Source: a phage. Taken from it: a DNA stretch of 64,000 bases. The stretch is taken from sequence record PZ347775.1; one strand, written 5' to 3'. Position numbers and translations under genes: made by a program. The notes below the pieces were generated by a model. It was not told the origin of the DNA. It did no database searches and was given only the letters and a program-made list of their open reading frames with translations. Positions 60,946 through 64,000 of the stretch are shown here, piece after piece. Numbering within the stretch: position 1 is the stretch's first letter; every line of letters starts with the position of its first letter.

Positions 60946-62525
60946 GTAATAATACATATCAACACGTTTCTAATGAATCTCGTTATGTAAAATTTGATCC
61001 TACCGATACAAATTTTCCACCAGAGATTACTGATGTTCAGGCTGCTATAGCAGCCATTTCTCCTGCTGGCGTAAATGGAGTTCCTGATGCATCGTCAACA
61101 ACAAAGGGAATTTTATTTCTTGCCACTGAACAGGAAGTTATAGATGGAACTAATAATACCAAAGCAGTTACACCAGCAACGTTGGCAACAAGATTATCAT
61201 ATCCAAACGCAACTGAAACTGTTTACGGATTAACAAGATATTCAACCGATGATGAAGCCATTGCTGGAGTTAATAATGAATCTTCTATAACTCCTGCTAA
61301 ATTTACTGTCGCCCTTAATAATGCCTTTGAAACTCGTGTTTCAACTGAATCATCAAATGGGGTTATTAAAATTTCATCTCTACCACAAGCATTAGCTGGT
61401 GCAGATGATACTACTGCAATGACTCCATTAAAAACACAACAGTTAGCTGTTAAATTGATTGCGCAAATTGCTCCTTCTAAAAATGCTGCTACAGAATCTG
61501 AACAAGGCATAATTCAGTTAGCTACAGTAGCACAGGCTCGTCAGGGAACTTTAAGAGAAGGATACGCAATTTCTCCTTATACGTTTATGAATTCTACTGC
61601 TACTGAAGAATATAAAGGCGTAATTAAATTAGGAACACAGTCAGAAGTTAACTCGAATAATGCTTCTGTTGCGGTTACTGGCGCAACTCTGAATGGTCGT
61701 GGTTCTACGACGTCAATGAGAGGCGTAGTTAAATTAACTACAACCGCCGGTTCACAGAGTGGAGGCGATGCTTCATCAGCCTTAGCTTGGAATGCTGACG
61801 TTATCCACCAAAGAGGCGGTCAAACTATTAATGGAACACTTCGCATTAATAACACACTTACAATAGCTTCAGGTGGAGCAAATATTACCGGAACAGTTAA
61901 CATGACTGGCGGTTATATTCAAGGTAAGCGTGTCGTAACACAAAATGAAATTGATAGAACTATTCCTGTCGGAGCTATTATGATGTGGGCCGCTGATAGT
62001 CTTCCTAGTGATGCTTGGCGTTTTTGCCATGGTGGAACTGTTTCAGCGTCAGATTGTCCATTATATGCTTCTAGAATTGGAACAAGATATGGCGGAAGCT
62101 CATCAAATCCCGGATTACCTGACATGCGTGGTCTTTTTGTTCGTGGTTCTGGTCGTGGCTCTCACTTAACAAATCCAAATGTTAATGGTAATGACCAATT
62201 TGGTAAGCCTAGATTAGGTGTAGGTTGTACCGGCGGATATGTTGGCGAAGTACAAAAACAGCAGATGTCTTATCATAAACATGCTGGCGGATTTGGTGAA
62301 TGGGATGATGCTGGAGCATTTGGTAATACCCGCAGATCAAATTTTGTCGGTACACGCAAAGGACTTGACTGGGATAACCGTTCATACTTCACTAATGACG
62401 GATATGAAATTGACCCAGCATCACAACGAAATTCCAGATATACATTAAATCGTCCCGAATTAATTGGAAATGAAACACGTCCATGGAACATTTCTTTAAA
62501 CTACATAATTAAGGTAAAAGAATGA
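60942..62525 (+). CDS. 12: short tail fibre gp12
   Basis: 527 aa, T4 length and order. Confidence 0.9.
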   Translation: MSNNTYQHVSNESRYVKFDPTDTNFPPEITDVQAAIAAISPAGVNGVPDASSTTKGILFLATEQEVIDGTNNTKAVTPATLATRLSYPNATETVYGLTRYSTDDEAIAGVNNESSITPAKFTVALNNAFETRVSTESSNGVIKISSLPQALAGADDTTAMTPLKTQQLAVKLIAQIAPSKNAATESEQGIIQLATVAQARQGTLREGYAISPYTFMNSTATEEYKGVIKLGTQSEVNSNNASVAVTGATLNGRGSTTSMRGVVKLTTTAGSQSGGDASSALAWNADVIHQRGGQTINGTLRINNTLTIASGGANITGTVNMTGGYIQGKRVVTQNEIDRTIPVGAIMMWAADSLPSDAWRFCHGGTVSASDCPLYASRIGTRYGGSSSNPGLPDMRGLFVRGSGRGSHLTNPNVNGNDQFGKPRLGVGCTGGYVGEVQKQQMSYHKHAGGFGEWDDAGAFGNTRRSNFVGTRKGLDWDNRSYFTNDGYEIDPASQRNSRYTLNRPELIGNETRPWNISLNYIIKVKE

Positions 62526-63985
62526 CAGATATTGTACTGAATGACTTACCATTCGTTGACGGCCCTCCTGCAGAGGGCCAGAGCCGCATTTCCTGGATTA
62601 AAAACGGCGAAGAAATATTAGGAGCTGACACACAATATGGAAGTGAAGGCTCAATGAATAGACCTACAGTTTCTGTACTAAGAAATGTTGAAGTTCTTGA
62701 TAAAAACATTGGAATACTTAAAACATCTTTAGAAACCGCAAATAGTGATATTAAAACAATTCAGGGCATCTTAGATGTATCTGGTGATATTGAAGCTTTG
62801 GCCCAAATAAGTATCAATAAAAAGGATATTTCTGACCTCAAAACGCTAACCAGTGAACACACAGAAATATTAAATGGAACTAATAATACGGTTGACAGTA
62901 TTCTTGCCGATATTGGTCCATTTAACTCCGAGGCCAACTCTGTATACAGAACAATCAGAAATGATTTACTGTGGATAAAGCGTGAACTTGGACAATACAC
63001 TGGTCAAGATATTAATGGTCTTCCTGTTGTAGGAAATCCTAGTAGTGGAATGAAGCATCGTATTATTAATAATACCGATGTCATTACTTCACAGGGAATA
63101 CGTTTAAGCGAATTAGAAACAAAATTTATTGAATCTGATGTAGGTTCTTTGACTATTGAAGTTGGTAATCTCCGTGAAGAGCTTGGACCTAAACCACCAT
63201 CATTTTCACAAAACGTTTATAGCCGCTTAAATGAAATTGACACTAAACAGACAACAGTTGAGTCTGACATTAGCGCTATTAAGACCTCAATAGGATATCC
63301 AGGAAATAATTCGATTATCACGAGTGTTAATACAAACACTGATAATATTGCATCTATTAATTTAGAGCTAAATCAAAGTGGAGGTATTAAACAGCGTTTA
63401 ACCGTTATTGAAACTTCTATTGGTTCAGATGATATTCCTTCGAGTATTAAAGGTCAAATCAAAGATAATACGACTTCAATTGAAGCTCTAAATGGAATCG
63501 TCGGTGAAAACACTTCATCCGGTTTAAGAGCGAATGTTTCGTGGTTAAACCAAATTGTTGGAACTGATTCTAGCGGTGGACAACCTTCTCCTCCTGGGTC
63601 TCTTTTAAACCGAGTTTCTACAATTGAAACTTCTGTTTCAAGCTTGAACAACGATGTTCAGAACCTACAAGTAGAGATTGGTAATAACAGCACAGGAATT
63701 AAAGGGCAAGTTGTAGCATTAAATACTTTAGTAAATGGAACTAATCCAAACGGTTCAACTGTCGAAGAACGTGGATTAACCAATTCAATAAAAGCTAACG
63801 AAACCAACATCGCATCAGTTACACAAGAAGTGAATACAGCCAAAGGTAGTATATCTTCTCTGCAAGGTGATGTTCAAGCTCTACAAGAAGCAGGTTATAT
63901 TCCTGAAGCTCCAAAAGATGGTCAAGCTTACGTTCGTAAAGACGGCGAATGGGTATTACTTTCTACCTTTTTATCACCAGCATAA
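62522..63985 (+). CDS. wac: fibritin (whisker) Wac
   Basis: 487 aa; heptad coiled coil and C-terminal foldon [27 protein letters not shown]. Confidence 0.92.
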   Translation: MTDIVLNDLPFVDGPPAEGQSRISWIKNGEEILGADTQYGSEGSMNRPTVSVLRNVEVLDKNIGILKTSLETANSDIKTIQGILDVSGDIEALAQISINKKDISDLKTLTSEHTEILNGTNNTVDSILADIGPFNSEANSVYRTIRNDLLWIKRELGQYTGQDINGLPVVGNPSSGMKHRIINNTDVITSQGIRLSELETKFIESDVGSLTIEVGNLREELGPKPPSFSQNVYSRLNEIDTKQTTVESDISAIKTSIGYPGNNSIITSVNTNTDNIASINLELNQSGGIKQRLTVIETSIGSDDIPSSIKGQIKDNTTSIEALNGIVGENTSSGLRANVSWLNQIVGTDSSGGQPSPPGSLLNRVSTIETSVSSLNNDVQNLQVEIGNNSTGIKGQVVALNTLVNGTNPNGSTVEERGLTNSIKANETNIASVTQEVNTAKGSISSLQGDVQALQEAGYIPEAPKDGQAYVRKDGEWVLLSTFLSPA

Positions 63986-64000
63986 CATGGGGCCGCAAGG

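Noticed and set aside
63986-64000. Sequence after wac as the start of gene 13
   Set aside because: Only 15 nt remain in the window, too little to call

Overview
The window is a contiguous ~64 kb segment of a T4-type (Tequatrovirus-like) myovirus genome, gene for gene syntenic with phage T4 but not identical to it. Minus strand, early/middle genes (1-48.3 kb): N-terminus of DNA polymerase gp43, regA, clamp loader 62/44, clamp 45, rpbA, 46/47 recombination nuclease, alpha-glucosyltransferase, late sigma factor gp55, anaerobic RNR nrdH-nrdG-nrdD (no intron), endonuclease VII (49), nrdC, a ~12 kb accessory block of uncharacterised genes, rI, tk, regB, lysozyme e, nudE, an 11-tRNA cluster, 57B/57A, gene 1, 3, 2, 4. 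Plus strand, late genes (48.3-64 kb): baseplate and fibre genes 53, 5, 5.1, 5.4, 6-12 and wac. I found no CRISPR array, integrase or transposase. Nothing here looks like a wholly foreign inserted system; the most interesting material is a set of uncharacterised accessory genes with recognisable enzymatic motifs (a Pol-beta-type nucleotidyltransferase, an AAA+-like ATPase, a macro domain, a GrcA-like glycyl-radical protein, a PspA-like protein), two paralogous gene families, five genes carrying the capsid-targeting leader of injected internal proteins, the known anti-CBASS genes Acb1 (57B) and probably Acb2 (vs.4), and a tRNA cluster that exceeds the 8 tRNAs I recall for T4. All gene names are assigned from memory of T4 sequences and gene order; no database search was run.
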